Assembly (NCBI GenBank): GCA_964016885.1 | Contig: OZ024740.1 | Location: 308,388,001 to 308,452,000 of the forward strand | DNA from: Eledone cirrhosa | Taxonomy: Eukaryota | Length of the DNA stretch: 64,000 nt | Reading direction: 5' to 3' | In this document: positions 21,857 through 60,501 of the stretch, piece by piece | Numbering within the stretch: the stretch's first letter is position 1 | Layout of the letters: every line of letters starts with the position of its first letter | Notes under the pieces: generated by a model | Database searches by the model: none | What the model saw: the letters and a program-made list of their open reading frames with translations, nothing else | Told to the model about the DNA's origin: nothing | Translations under genes and position numbers: made by a program

Positions 21857-21908
21857 TGCTATATATATTTCGATGATAGCCATTGAATGGCTATGACCTC
21901 ATCAGGCA
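21857..21908 (-). ncRNA. Minimal type I hammerhead ribozyme
   Basis: Minus strand: tgc-CTGATGA-ggtc atagccat tca atggctat catc-GAAA-tatata-TA-gca; palindromic stem III. Confidence 0.8.
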
Positions 21909-21977
21909 GTTAGTCAGTTCTTAGATATGCCAGCTCTGTGTTTATAGTGTTGATGGTATCAGAGCCTTTCTATATAT

Positions 21978-22069
<92 letters not shown>

Positions 22070-22184
22070 ACTGACAGTCAGATAGATAGATGTTTCTGCT
22101 ATAAATATTATAATTTAGTTATAATATTGCTTCTCTGAGAGATTCCTCTCATTGAGATGTTTAAGTATTAGAGACTAATTAACC

Positions 22185-22224
<40 letters not shown>

Positions 22225-22409
22225 CCAGTAAGACCCCGACAGCTGAGCTCAAGCCGTTTCGACGGCTAATTCTGGACTGAATTAGCCGTCGAAACGGCTT
22301 GAGCTCAGCTGTCGGGGTCTTACTGGTTCCTATTACCCACTCTACTACCTCAAGTATTGAGTACTTTGGTGCGTTATGGTCCACCTGGTTCCTTACCACA
22401 TTTCCTTCG

Positions 22410-22494
<85 letters not shown>

Positions 22495-22731
22495 ATTTAA
22501 TTTGTTGGGATACAACAAGGTAAAATATTTTTATAACTGATATAAAGCACTCAACAAATTATTGGAGTAAATATACAATATATTAACAAATGGAAACTAT
22601 ATTTATAAAACCTATTTATTTTATTATACATATTTCAAGGGCCACCAAGGCTATCCAGGAAGCTCCAACCGGTAAGGTTGCATTTTTTCAGGGTATGTCA
22701 ATATTTATTTATAAAACTAATCTGTATTATA

Positions 22732-22793
22732 TTTTATCTGATGGAAGCGCACCATAATCTGCCTTGGTGGCCCTTGAAATATGTATAATAAAA
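22732..22793 (+). ncRNA. Hammerhead ribozyme motif (A9>G) in one arm of an inverted repeat (~22570-22840)
   Basis: ttttat-CTGATGG-aag..cacca...tggtg..ctt-GAAA-tatgta-TA-ataaaa, then AATAAA. Confidence 0.62.
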
Positions 22794-22833
22794 TAAATAT
22801 GGTTTTATAAATATAGTTTCCATTTGTTAATCT

Positions 22834-22870
<37 letters not shown>

Positions 22871-23582
22871 GGGGTAACAAATAATTGTTATATGCAGTCC
22901 ACTTAAGTGTAGTCCAGTTACGGTACTCCGGGTAGTGGATGATATCAACGCTTGGCTAAGTTTGACTCAACAAGGCGTTTCCATAGTGATGTTGCGAGTA
23001 CGCTGTAATTCCTATGTTGTAAACATTTGGAGTAATAATAAATCAGGAAAGAAGAGTGACACGGTTTGCTATACAAAAAGGGTTTTTAATCTCATTGCTG
23101 ACAATTGTTTCTCTGAACTGGTAGGTCTAGAGTTCGCTACCCGCTTGTTTTCACGTTATTCGATCACCAAACCGCTAGTTTTACACGTTAAAATCGTAGA
23201 TATACTATACTTCCCACCTAGATTGATGTTGTGATTATTTCAAATAATTTATTGCTAGCATTGTTAGTATTGTTGTTATTGTTCTGATTGAATGCCATTA
23301 CTACTATATATAATAGCCATGCCTGTATATTCCTTTCATTCTCACAAGCTCCGCGATGAATTGACTGGTTATAACTTTGTATTGGTGATCGAATAACGTG
23401 AAAACAAGCGGGTAGCGATCTCTAGACCTACCAGTTCAGAGAAACAATTGTCAGCAATGAGATTAAAAACCTTTTTTGTAAAGCAAACCGTGTCACTCTT
23501 CTTTCCTGATTTATATATATATATATATAGTGAAATAAGATAACAAGGACGATTGGTTACTCCTTCATTACGTTTATTGGTT

Positions 23583-23667
23583 GGTGACGCGCGTTTCGCC
23601 ACCGATCAGCTCATGGTTCGATCTGTATCGATCTGACCCGACTCTGTAATTTGCGGCTCGTCAGACC
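23583..23667 (-). ncRNA. Minimal type I hammerhead ribozyme (left arm of palindrome)
   Basis: Minus strand: ggt-CTGACGA-gccgc...gtggc-GAAA-cgcgcg-TC-acc, then AATAAA. Confidence 0.82.
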
Positions 23668-23697
23668 CCTTTTAATGTTAACATTAACATTACAAGG

Positions 23698-23782
23698 GAT
23701 CTGACGAGCCACGGATTACAGAGTCAGGTCAGATTGATACAGATCGAACCATGAGCTGATCAGTGGCGAAACGCGCGTCACC
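23698..23782 (+). ncRNA. Minimal type I hammerhead ribozyme (right arm of palindrome)
   Basis: gat-CTGACGA-gccac...gtggc-GAAA-cgcgcg-TC-acc. Confidence 0.78.
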
Positions 23783-23960
23783 AACCAAATAACTGTTTCT
23801 ACTTTAGGCACAAGGCCAGCAATTACCCAGTGCCAATCGTCCTTGTTATCTTATTTCACTATAATACACTCTGTCTAGCTCTACACCTCGACACTGAAGT
23901 GAACCTAAATATCGAGTGCTCACTCGGGTGAACCTACAGTAACTCCAAGCTACACTCCCT

Positions 23961-24019
<59 letters not shown>

Positions 24020-24910
24020 TTTAATTATATTTATATATACATAAAACACTTATAACATAAATATGTGTGTTGAATAAAAACCCAAAGTTGGAGATAGATA
24101 TTTATACATTAAAAAAAATTATATCGTTATATTGAAATTATTGTCAGCTCGTCAGAATGAATAAGTGCCTAAATAATCCAAAGGGAACTGGTAGAAAATT
24201 AATAAGATTAGTCTCCATAGATGGTAGCCCATTTAAAAGTGCGTACCAGTTCAAACATAAATACATTTATTGAAAGTTGCAGCTACTGTAAGATATTTGT
24301 TTATAACTAGGATAAACTGACTTATTTAAAGTTAAATGTTATGACCACAGACACAAAGTAATGACATCCATACGATATTAATCATTGCACAGTACTGGAC
24401 TTGGCAGAGTTTAGTGAGAAAGGACAGCAATGTGTTCAGCTATGGCGGAAACACATCTAGCCAAGCTTTGTAACGGACACTCTTGTGGACACGATAAGAA
24501 GAAGAACCATTGACTACTCAGCTGGTTGTTTGGCATTTAATCTACTCTGTCATCTGTACTCTCGGTTTACTAAAGAACGACTCTCTAAAACAGACTCGTA
24601 AAAAAATAATTGGTTTACTTGAACGTTGATAGTTCTTGTCGGGACAATTGAGCCAGTTGTTTCCAATTATTTTCGATCGGTGTTGCAGTCACGCATCGAA
24701 ATTTGTGCGATTGATTAACATAAATACATATATATATATATATATTTTTAGAAATAGAAACTTTCGCCGTATTTTTGACTAAAGAAATTTTAGTCTGATA
24801 GAGTTTAGAAGCCTCTAAGAAATTGAAATTGCTTTAGTAAAAAATACAGCGAAAGCTTCTATTTCTAATTTCAAACTCGCTCGCCGTTTCAAAACATACT
24901 TACCTGTCAT

Positions 24911-25014
<104 letters not shown>

Positions 25015-25294
25015 AAACCTTTCTGTATCTATCGTATTTATGTTATATATATGGCTAGTCAGTTTTCTTGGTGTCACACTTTATACCTGTTGTATCTACT
25101 CTGGACCTAATGTTTTTAACTTTCGATCCACTGAGTGCTTTAGATTGCTTCAAACAAATCTAATTGTACTTGCTGTACAACAGCTAAAACTTCGATTTAC
25201 AACTATTATATATATATATATATATATATAAGTAGAAGGGGGTATTTAATTTGTTGGAAATCCGACAAATATATATATAAATGTTTATAACTGA

Positions 25295-25334
<40 letters not shown>

Positions 25335-25654
25335 ACTCCTAGTGGAGTCGTGAGGGCGCTATTTCTAAGACATTTTAAAGTTGGCAGGTTTCAAAACAGA
25401 ATATTTCTGCCATGGAAAGACAGAGAGGTGGAAAAGAAAAATAGTGGAAAAATCAACTCCAGTATTGGACTGATCTATTTTTTACCGACCTCGAAAGGAT
25501 GAAAGGCAAAGTTGAACTCTCTGGGATTCGAAATTAGAAGTGTCGCTCAGTGTTGACGATCCCTCGCCCTCCTCTAGCTACGCTATTGCATCTACCCGAA
25601 CCCGTGACCTAAGGATTGCGAAGCAAACTTCTTAACCATTCGGTCATGCTGCGT

Positions 25655-25702
<48 letters not shown>

Positions 25703-25835
25703 AGAAAACATCGTTACCACAACAACAACAGTTTACCTTACATCGATGTACTGCTAAATATTGTCAGACATCATGGAAATATCAAAGAATGACACAAATA
25801 GTCGACATTGAAATTAAAGAGAATCTGTTGACGAG

Positions 25836-26690
25836 GTGAGGACCTCATTCTAATATATGGTGGCGGTGGTGAGGACTTTATTCTAATATATGGTGGCGGT
25901 GGTGAGGACTTTATTCTAATATATGGTGAGGTGACGGTGGTGAGGACTTCATTGTAATATATGGTGAGGTGACGGTGGTGAGGACTTCATTCTAATATAT
26001 GGAGACGGCGGTGAGGACCTCATTCTACTATATGGGGATGAGGTGAGGACCTCATTCTACTATATGGGGATGAGGTGAGGACCTCATTCTAATATATGGT
26101 GATGAGGTGAGGACCTCATTCTAATATATGGGGATGAGGTGAGGACCTCATTCTACTATATGGGGATGAGGTGAGGACCTCATTCTAATATATGGGGATG
26201 AGGTGAGGACCTCATTCTAATATATGGGGATGAGGTGAGGACCTCATTCTACTATATGGGGATGAGGTGAGGACCTCATTCTAATATATGGGGATGAGGT
26301 GAGGACCTCATTCTAATATATGGTGATGAGGTGAGGACCTCATTCTACTATATGGGGATGAGGTGAGGACCTCATTCTACTATATGGTGACGGTGGTGAG
26401 GACCTCATTCTAATATATGGTGACGGTGGTGAGGACCTCACTCTAATATATGGTGGTGGTGGTGAGGACCTTATTCTAATATATGGTGACGGTGGTGAGG
26501 ACCTCATTCTAATATATGGTGACGGTGGTGAGGACCTCACTCTAATATATGGTGGTGGTGGTGAGGACCTTATTCTAATATATGGTGATGAGGTGAGGAT
26601 CACATTGTAATATATGGTGATGAGGTGAGGACCTCATTCTAATATATGATGATGGTGGTGAGGACCTCACTCTAATATATGGTGATGGTG
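25836..26690. repeat. 32/33-bp tandem minisatellite, about 26 copies
   Basis: Unit gtgaggacctcattctaatatatggggatgag and ggtgacggtg variants. Confidence 0.95.
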
Positions 26691-27594
26691 GGGATGAAGA
26701 GATACACGTCTAAACACAGATATCCCAAAAAGGAGAGAAAATGTGTGTGGGGGGGGGTATGTGTGTGAAATATGTGTGTATATGTATGTATATGTGTGTG
26801 TATGTGCTTATGTGTGAGTATAAGTGCGTGTATGTTTTTATAAATTTTATAAATTTTTACCAATAGAGAGAGAGAGTCGGTTTCTGACATAGACACAAGA
26901 CTCTCTCATTGGAATTTAAACATCATCAACTAGGTAGATATGTCTGCATGTCTGCATGCATGCATGTGTGTGCAGGTATGGATATTATTGTATGTGTGGA
27001 TGTGGATGTTTTGAGTTGTATGTGTGCATGTGCATATGCTTTGTATCTGTATATGTGTACATGCAGTTATTACATGCAGAATTTTTGGAATATTTTACAT
27101 ATTTTTACTGTACCATTAATGGATTGTACTTGCAATTTCCTAACATATTCCAGTGCTCCAATAATCACAGGTATAAATCTGTATGTATGTATGTATGTAT
27201 GTGTATGTATGTATATATGTATGTGTGTATGTATGTGTGTATGTAAATACCTATGTATCTATGCATGCATGTATGTGTGTATGCGTGTGTTTCTGTGTGT
27301 GTATGCAAAGAAAAGAAAGAAAGAAAATAGGAAAGAAAGGAAGAAGTTACAATACATTGCTTTTGTTTCAGGATATTTTTCTTGCTGTTTTAACTTGTCA
27401 ACATGGAATTTTCTATGGAAATAAAACCTGTTTTTCTAAAAGAATAGAAAAGAAAAAAAAAACAAACAAGCTACTCCAACTGGCAATAAAGTGATCTTAT
27501 CTTTCTCAACCATTGTTGTCTTCACCTTCAATTTAGTTTATATTCTCGGGTTCCCAATAATAGGGGAAGAGGTGGAATAAGTGGAGGAGTTGGA

Positions 27595-28520
27595 ATAGGC
27601 GGGTGTACTAGACGGGGGAGTTGGGATAGGGGGTGAACTAGACGGGGAAGTTTGGATAGGGGGGGGTGAACTAGCCGGGGGAGTTGGGATAGGGGGTGGG
27701 GTGAACTAGGCGGGGGAGTTGGAATAAGGGGGGTGAACTAGGCGGGGGGGTTGGAATGGGGGGGTGAACTAGGCGGGGGAGTTGGAATGGGGGGTGAACT
27801 AGGCGGGGGAGTTGGAATGGGGGGGGGGCTAACTAGACGGGGGAGTTGGAATGGGGGGGTGAACTAGGCAGGGGAGTTGGAATGCGGGGGGGGGGGACTA
27901 GACGGGGGAGTTGGAATAGGGGGGGGAGTGAACTAGACGGGGAAGTTTGGATAGGGGGTGAACTAGGCGGGGGAGTTGGGATAGGGGGTGAGCGGGGGGA
28001 CTAGGCGGGGGGAGTTGGAATAAGGGGTGAACTAGGAGGGGGAGTTGGAATGGGGGGCGAACTAGACGGGGGAGTTGGAATGGGGGGGCGAACTAGACGG
28101 GGGAGTTGGAATGGGGGGGGCGAATTAGACGGTGGAGTTGGAATAGGGGGGGTGAACTAGACGGGGAAGTTTGGATAGGGGGGGTGAACTAGGCGGGGGA
28201 GTTGGGATAGGGGGGTGAACTAGGCGGGGGAGTTGGGATAGGGGGGTGAACTAGGCGGGGGAGTTGGGATAGGGGGGTGAACTAGGCGGGGGAGTTGGGA
28301 TAGGGGGGTGAACTAGGCGGGGGAGTTGGGATAGGGGGGGTGAACTAGGCGGGGGAGTTGTAATAGGGGGGTGAACTAGGCGGGGGAGTTGGGATAGGGG
28401 GGGTGAACTAGGCGGGGGAGTTGTAATAGGGGGGTGAACTAGGCGGGGGAGTTGGGATAGGGGGGGTGAACTAGGCGGGGGAGTTGGGATAGGGGGGTGA
28501 ACTAGGCGGGGGAGTTGGGA
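27595..28520. repeat. G-rich ~32-bp minisatellite expanded inside a MITE end
   Basis: Unit ggggtgaactaggcgggggagttgggatagg with variable G-runs. Confidence 0.93.
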
Positions 28521-29082
28521 TAGGGGGAGGGGTGAAATAAGCGGAGTTGGGATAAGGGAGGGGGTGAAATAAGCAGCAGGGGAGTTGGGATGGGGGGGGG
28601 GAATAAGCAGAGGAGTTGGAATAGGCCGGGGGGGGGGGGGAATAAGCGGGGGGGGATAATTTTTCTAGTTTGTCTCTATTGTTTGTATAAATGTGCCACT
28701 ATACATACTCTCGGGTCCCAAATAAAGGGGGGGGGGGGTGGAATAAGGGGGTAGTTGGAATAGGCGGTGGGGAGGGAGGTTGGGAAATCGGTAAATGTTC
28801 TAGGTTGTCTGTTGATTAAAAAAAAAAACAATTAGTCGTTTAGTTTACATATTGAGACCCCCACCCATCCTATTTATTTTATAACCTATGGGATTTCTAG
28901 TAATGTACTTTTATTTGTCATTTTTAAAGTATAACAAAAATTAATTGACGCAGGAATGGTACGACTTAAAATAAAATTTAGCCGGACATACAATAGCAAA
29001 ATTTGAGTAGGGAAAAAAACAAGACAGAGAAAACATTTTAGGCGGAGTGGTGGTCGTCAGTCATCCCGTCTAATTGGATATC

Positions 29083-29340
29083 GTTTACTGGCACATAGTC
29101 AAACAAGGAATAAAGAACATACCTCAATTTTATGTTAGAAAAACATTTTTTATATAGGAGCAATTACAGAATATATACAAATACATTAGTGCTCCTAGGT
29201 TGGGATATATTTAACTCGTCGTATACTGCCGCATGGTGTGATGTCATCCTTTGGATCACTGCATAGAGACAGAGATAGCACGTCTCTTTTCCCGAGGAAA
29301 TCATCGTTTAATAAATATTGTTTCAGCTACTGACGTCAGA
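29083..29340. other. Block-conserved non-coding module, copy 1
   Basis: Shares ordered blocks with 31865-32118; spacers diverged. Confidence 0.75.
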
Positions 29341-29552
29341 TATTTCAGTAATAATGATTCCTGTTATCTTACTCAAACAAAAAATTAAATTAAATAATCA
29401 AATTTAAGAACTCGTAAATTATAATGTAAAAAACATCAAAATTTCTTCATTTTCAGAGCATAACCGATTTCTTGTAGGCTCATATATGTTACCTTTTACA
29501 GTAAAACCAGCATGTCTCCATAATTGTGATTAATTATGAAATAATATAATAT

Positions 29553-29753
29553 ATGAGGGTCGACGGAAAAGTTCATAGACTGACCAAGATACCCTCATGG
29601 AATGACCAAATGAAGTTTATTTTTCAACGTATCCCTGAAAAGAAACAATGCAGTTATTAATAAGAAGAGTTGAAATTAATGCATGCAAAATTTCACAGCT
29701 CTAGCATCACTCTTTCATCGTCAGCCTATAAACTTTTCAGCCTACCCTCGTTA
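29553..29753. mobile_element. Tc1/mariner-type MITE (related copies at ~57770-57987 and ~59550-59770)
   Basis: Imperfect TIRs tatgagggtcgacggaaaagtt / aacttttcagcctaccctcg. Confidence 0.65.
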
Positions 29754-31199
29754 TACCTACATTTAATTATAATACGCATTTTCACATTACAATACTTAAT
29801 TACATTATAGATACTCGACAGAGGAAAAATCGGTGTCGGCCGATAAAGCAAGGCTGATTAATTAGTGATCAGTAATCTGTTAATTTGCTTATCAGTGCAT
29901 CCCTACTACAAACTCTAATCAACTCGTTATACAGAACCAATGAACTGTTCTAGAGAATATATTTATTTTTTAGGTGTCGTTAATACTTTTATTGACCGTT
30001 TTGATTTGAAAGTGATGCCTAATGGAGCAGTTTGCAGTTCACGTAATGTCTGAGAGGTGTTTTTTCACCCGACTGTATCCCGCAGTCCGAGATTTATTCC
30101 AAAGATAACTTGGTTGCTCTAATTACTAATGGCTGGGTGCAAGAATATGCTAATTGATGGCAAGGAATGTGCCGTGGTGTATCTCTGAAAACATTATTTC
30201 CTTGATATTATGTTACAAAAATACCTAAATTAAGGAGCATAAGATATGATGTAACATGATGTCTTCAAAGTATTTTATATACCTTGCATGGGAGCTGCAA
30301 GCACACGTAGTGAAAAGAATTAGAAAGAAATGTCACTTGACAAGCAAACAATATTGCCACTATAAATCGCACTAAAAATTCTCGACCTCAAAATCCTTAA
30401 ATTTATAACATCGCTGAAAACGCATCCTAAGTAGGTTTATTCTTTTGGAACTAGAAAATATGTCAACGCTAATCAGTTGTTGACTATTTACAAAGCTTAA
30501 GTGCAACGCACAATATGAGGTGAGTTGCTACATATAGAAATACATCCTAGATTAACGTACACAAATATCACAAACAAAAGCTAACCAGACGATTGACAAG
30601 AATTTCCTCACCAACACACTATGTACATCTATCGATTCACATATTGCATACCCCACACGCATCAAAACTACAACAGATTTTCTTCCTCTGAACTACCTAG
30701 TTGAATAATACCTCCAGAAAATTCGACACTCGCAAAAAGTAGTCGACATCTTGAATAGTGAACGGCTTAATCAAAAAGCCTCGAAAATACAATAGGTTAT
30801 CCCAAATATTCTGGATCAATTGATACTGCTCTAGATAAATCCAGCTCCCTCTACAGTAGTATAGCTTCGTCCACCTCTCTGTTGAAACTAATCCATGCTG
30901 GAAAGGAGAAGATGTTGCCCACCAAAGAGAAGCAAACATGGATGGAAGAAAAGAAGAATGGTAGAAATAGAGATGAGCATTTACGAATCGTTAAAGCAAT
31001 GCAACTGGTCACAGGATTCCGGAATAAGTCTAACGGTAATTAGACTTTCTAATTGCTGAAAGGGTAGGTTGTGAATGAATCGCAGGTTTGTCGGGGATTT
31101 AAATGAGGCTAGCTTTAAGGATGTGCGATGTCCTGAGGTCAACAAGTAATTTCTAAAGACAAAAAAAACTTCGGGGTGGCTCAATTACATCGGTGTTTT

Positions 31200-31850
31200 T
31201 GTGTAATTTCTTGGGGTTTGACAGTGAACTTGAAAGCAATTTAAGAAATTTAAGTTCCAAAGGACCATTACGCTGATGCGGGAGGGACCGTGGAGTGAAA
31301 GAATTCGGTGAATAGATTCACCATAAACTGATGTTGCGAAGATAGATGATCCAAAGTTCACAGTTGGAATCGTTAACCTCTATAGCCCCTACTATCAAGT
31401 GCATTATTCAACAACTTTGCTTTACCCAGGATCCTATCCAAGTTGGACCCCATCCTGACAATATCGATGCCCAGCGCAAACAGGGCAGACTCGAATGGGT
31501 CACTCTGTTGAACTGTTGAAGTGGAAAGAATGTACTGGTTACCAAAGAAGAAATGGAAGGGCTCTCGATAAGCTTGCCAAGCAAAGGGGTAAAGCTCTAA
31601 AGCCCTCTTTTTCATTGAGCTGAAGATTCCATCATAACTGCTAGATTTGAATGTGTTCCTTCGACAGAGTTTAAGAACAACTTTGAATACCTCAGAAGGC
31701 GTTTCCGCAAAATGTCCTTGTGGCGTGGGAGGCTGCTTCACATCCTAGTTTTATGTTAACCCCAAGCTGAAGGTGAGAAAATTCGACGAAAGGTAGTGTG
31801 GAACCGGTGAACTTTATACTTTCGTGTCTCAAAGTTCACCCAACTACAAA
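31200..31850 (-). mobile_element. Degenerate CRE-like non-LTR retrotransposon, RT fragment
   Basis: LYPFAWQAY...FFGNQYILSTSTVQQSDPFESALFALGI, resembling the QQGDPLGP.LF RT motif. Confidence 0.65.
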
Positions 31851-31864
31851 GGAGCGACGGTATT

Positions 31865-32118
31865 GTTTACTGGCTGGCACATCATTAAATATCAAAGAAC
31901 ATACCTCAGGATTATTTACGTGAACATTTTAATTAAAGCAAATAATAATACTGGTTAACACATCAGTGCTCCAAGGTTGGGTAGTGGTTCATTATCGTAT
32001 TATGCCACGACCGCATGGTGTGATGTCACTGCGTGGAAAAATTGCACGGGGATTAGCACGTCTGTTGTCTACGAGCTGCCATGGTCAGAGAGTTGTAGTC
32101 TCAGCAACTGACGTCAGA
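31865..32118. other. Block-conserved non-coding module, copy 2
   Basis: See 29083-29340. Confidence 0.75.
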
Positions 32119-32989
32119 ACTAAGGGCAGTTAATCGACTGGCTTTACAGTCGACGCTAGATGGCGGGATCTTCTACAGGCGTGACAACACAGTCATCAAT
32201 ATAACAAAAGCAACGTATCGAGTTTGTCACTCTACATTCATCAAGCTATCTATCGTTCGATCGAAAGATCGGGCTAACGCCAGTTGACGTGTAAGATTCT
32301 AGTGGTTAAAGTATTTTAAATCTTGCCTGAATATAACCATTAAACGTTTGGTCTATTGATCAAGTAAGATCGAGTGAGTGAAAGTGGGGCGAGAAGAAGA
32401 AATGTGTGATGTCCGAACGAGTATCCTCCACAAATAAAGTTAAACATTGCAGTCGAAATAAATGTGAGATAGTCTATGTCAACAATTGATTGGAGAGTTT
32501 CATCCGTCACCTGGTATAACAACACCACATGGACCTTGTGTGCTTTTTGCAGAGTTCACACTGGTGCAAACATTTGGATCCGGTCTGCGCTGTGAGAATA
32601 TCCGATGAATCAGTCGCGATTTCTTCTTTCCCACACCACATCCATTAGTTTTAGAAATGCTCTGAAAAGAATTCATAGGTGATGTCCTTCCTCCGCTGAC
32701 TAAACTATATAAACAATAGTGCCGTGAGAAGAGAATTCTTACGTTTAGGGAAAGGCGGTGTGACCCCTTTCAGAAAAAAAGAGTCTACATGAAACATTAA
32801 ACTTCTCTTCTCATCAATCTAAGAAATCAGAAAAGCAAAGAACAAGATAGTAAAGAGTTGTTCCCCTTTACAGTTGAAACATTTCTAGCTCACTTTTTTT
32901 TTGGGGGGGGGGGGGGGGGTCAATTTAACCAACATTCAAAGTGTCACCTAATTTCTGCGTGTTTTAAATTTGACGCTTTGTCTGGAGTA

Positions 32990-33460
32990 GACATCGCCGA
33001 CTTACTTAGCACAAATGATCTCTGCATCTCCATCGCCCTTAGAGTTAGAGTGGATGTATGTAAGAAAATGAGATGTCAATGTGGCAAATCTCTCGATATC
33101 AAGGATCTTCGTAGATTATCATGTCGACTAAATGCAAGTCGTTTTGCTCACCACTCTGAGATAGATCTAGTTATAAAAAAAATGTAAATATCCCCTGAAT
33201 TCTTGAGCCAGTGAGATTGTTCAGAAACGACTGGAAGATGTCTCTTTAGATAGAAGTTGGTGCCTCATATGGTGATTCTTTCGCTCCTTTACACACTCTA
33301 ATTCCTGCTACGGTGAAGGCTATTGCATCCGCAAACGAATGAAATAAGATCCCGAAATATCGTAATATGCTTGTGAATTATACTTTGCAACCCGGAGAAC
33401 CAGGCCATTGACGACGAAGTTTTGGCGTCGTTAGTGTCTCAGGCACGCGATCACTCACGA
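32990..33460 (+). mobile_element. Degenerate CRE-like retrotransposon C-terminal Zn-knuckle / restriction-like endonuclease fragment
   Basis: ISIALRVRVDVCKKMRCQCGKSLD...LSCRLNASRFAHHSEIDLVIKK, followed by EPV.LFRND. Confidence 0.65.
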
Positions 33461-33631
33461 TTATGCCCCTAGTGTTTAGGTTACCTTAGACATTTTTTGA
33501 AATTTGCAATTGAAGGGGCGTATCTTTTTTAAAGCTGTCTTTGTCTAGGGGAAATAAACTTAGTAATGACTTGTCAATTCGTGTTAATTGTTTCACTTTG
33601 CTACAACGAAGCGCCAAGTGTGTATGTGTAC

Positions 33632-33671
<40 letters not shown>

Positions 33672-34521
33672 GCGTGTGCGTGTGTGTGTGCTTGCGCGCA
33701 ATTTCAGCCGATTGTTTTTCTCTCGCTGTAATATATTTTTGTGCATTATATTTGTGAGGTTCATAGCAATAATTAATTGTGTTTTTATATGTGTTTATAT
33801 TTAGGTTTATATTTCCATTCTGTAAGAACTATAAACAATTTGTAATGGGAATAAAACCCATTTCCTAGTTTTCTACCAACTGCGAATATCTTCGGAAGAT
33901 GTTGGCCTAGTTTACTCTTTCCGTGAACCCATTATACAAATTATATTTTAAAATAAATGTAAAATTTGTCTTCATTCATACATCGGCAAAATCTTACAAG
34001 ACTTTTATATAAAAGTGAAAGTAAAATCCGATAAAAAAAAAAATGACGGTCGTATCCAAATAAATATTCATTTTAACTATAATTAACTACTTCTTTTTTT
34101 ATTTTGTTTCATTTTTTTTTTTATTCATTTCTCACAATCAAACTATCGCTTAATCAAAATATCCAGTGCATCCTATCGAATGATTTTACTTTCACTTCGA
34201 TATGGTTTTGTATAAATATATCTACCTCCCGCGCCAATATACCTCTATACATGGTAGCTCGATCTGCTAAAAATAGCAGCCAAAGTCCTTCAAATCACAC
34301 CTTACTGCCCTATAAAAGGAAGGCCAAATTATACTGTCATCTTACATACATATAAAAAGAGAAGTTGGTCATAGTCTAAACTTTGATGACCTTGATCACA
34401 GACCTGTACAATCAGGGTTGATATTGGGATAAACAATAAATGTGAAAGCCACGTTTTAATTTTTGACGAATAAGAAAACAGCTTTATATTCACTGCAGTA
34501 TCATTTCTTCTGTTATTAAAG

Positions 34522-60501
<25,980 letters not shown>

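Noticed and set aside
24105-24160. Hammerhead candidate (minus strand CTGACGAG)
   Set aside because: No proper GAAA box or stem II/III pairing
24360-24600. Possible exon or transposase fragment
   Set aside because: Stops in the frames I examined and no recognisable motif
24896-24906. U1 snRNA 5' end (ATACTTACCTG)
   Set aside because: The match stops after 11 nt and runs into (CA)n; better read as a consensus donor on the minus strand
29120-29250. Short coding ORF (MTSHHAAVY...) in the conserved module
   Set aside because: Copy 2 lacks the ATG and its spacer lengths break the frame
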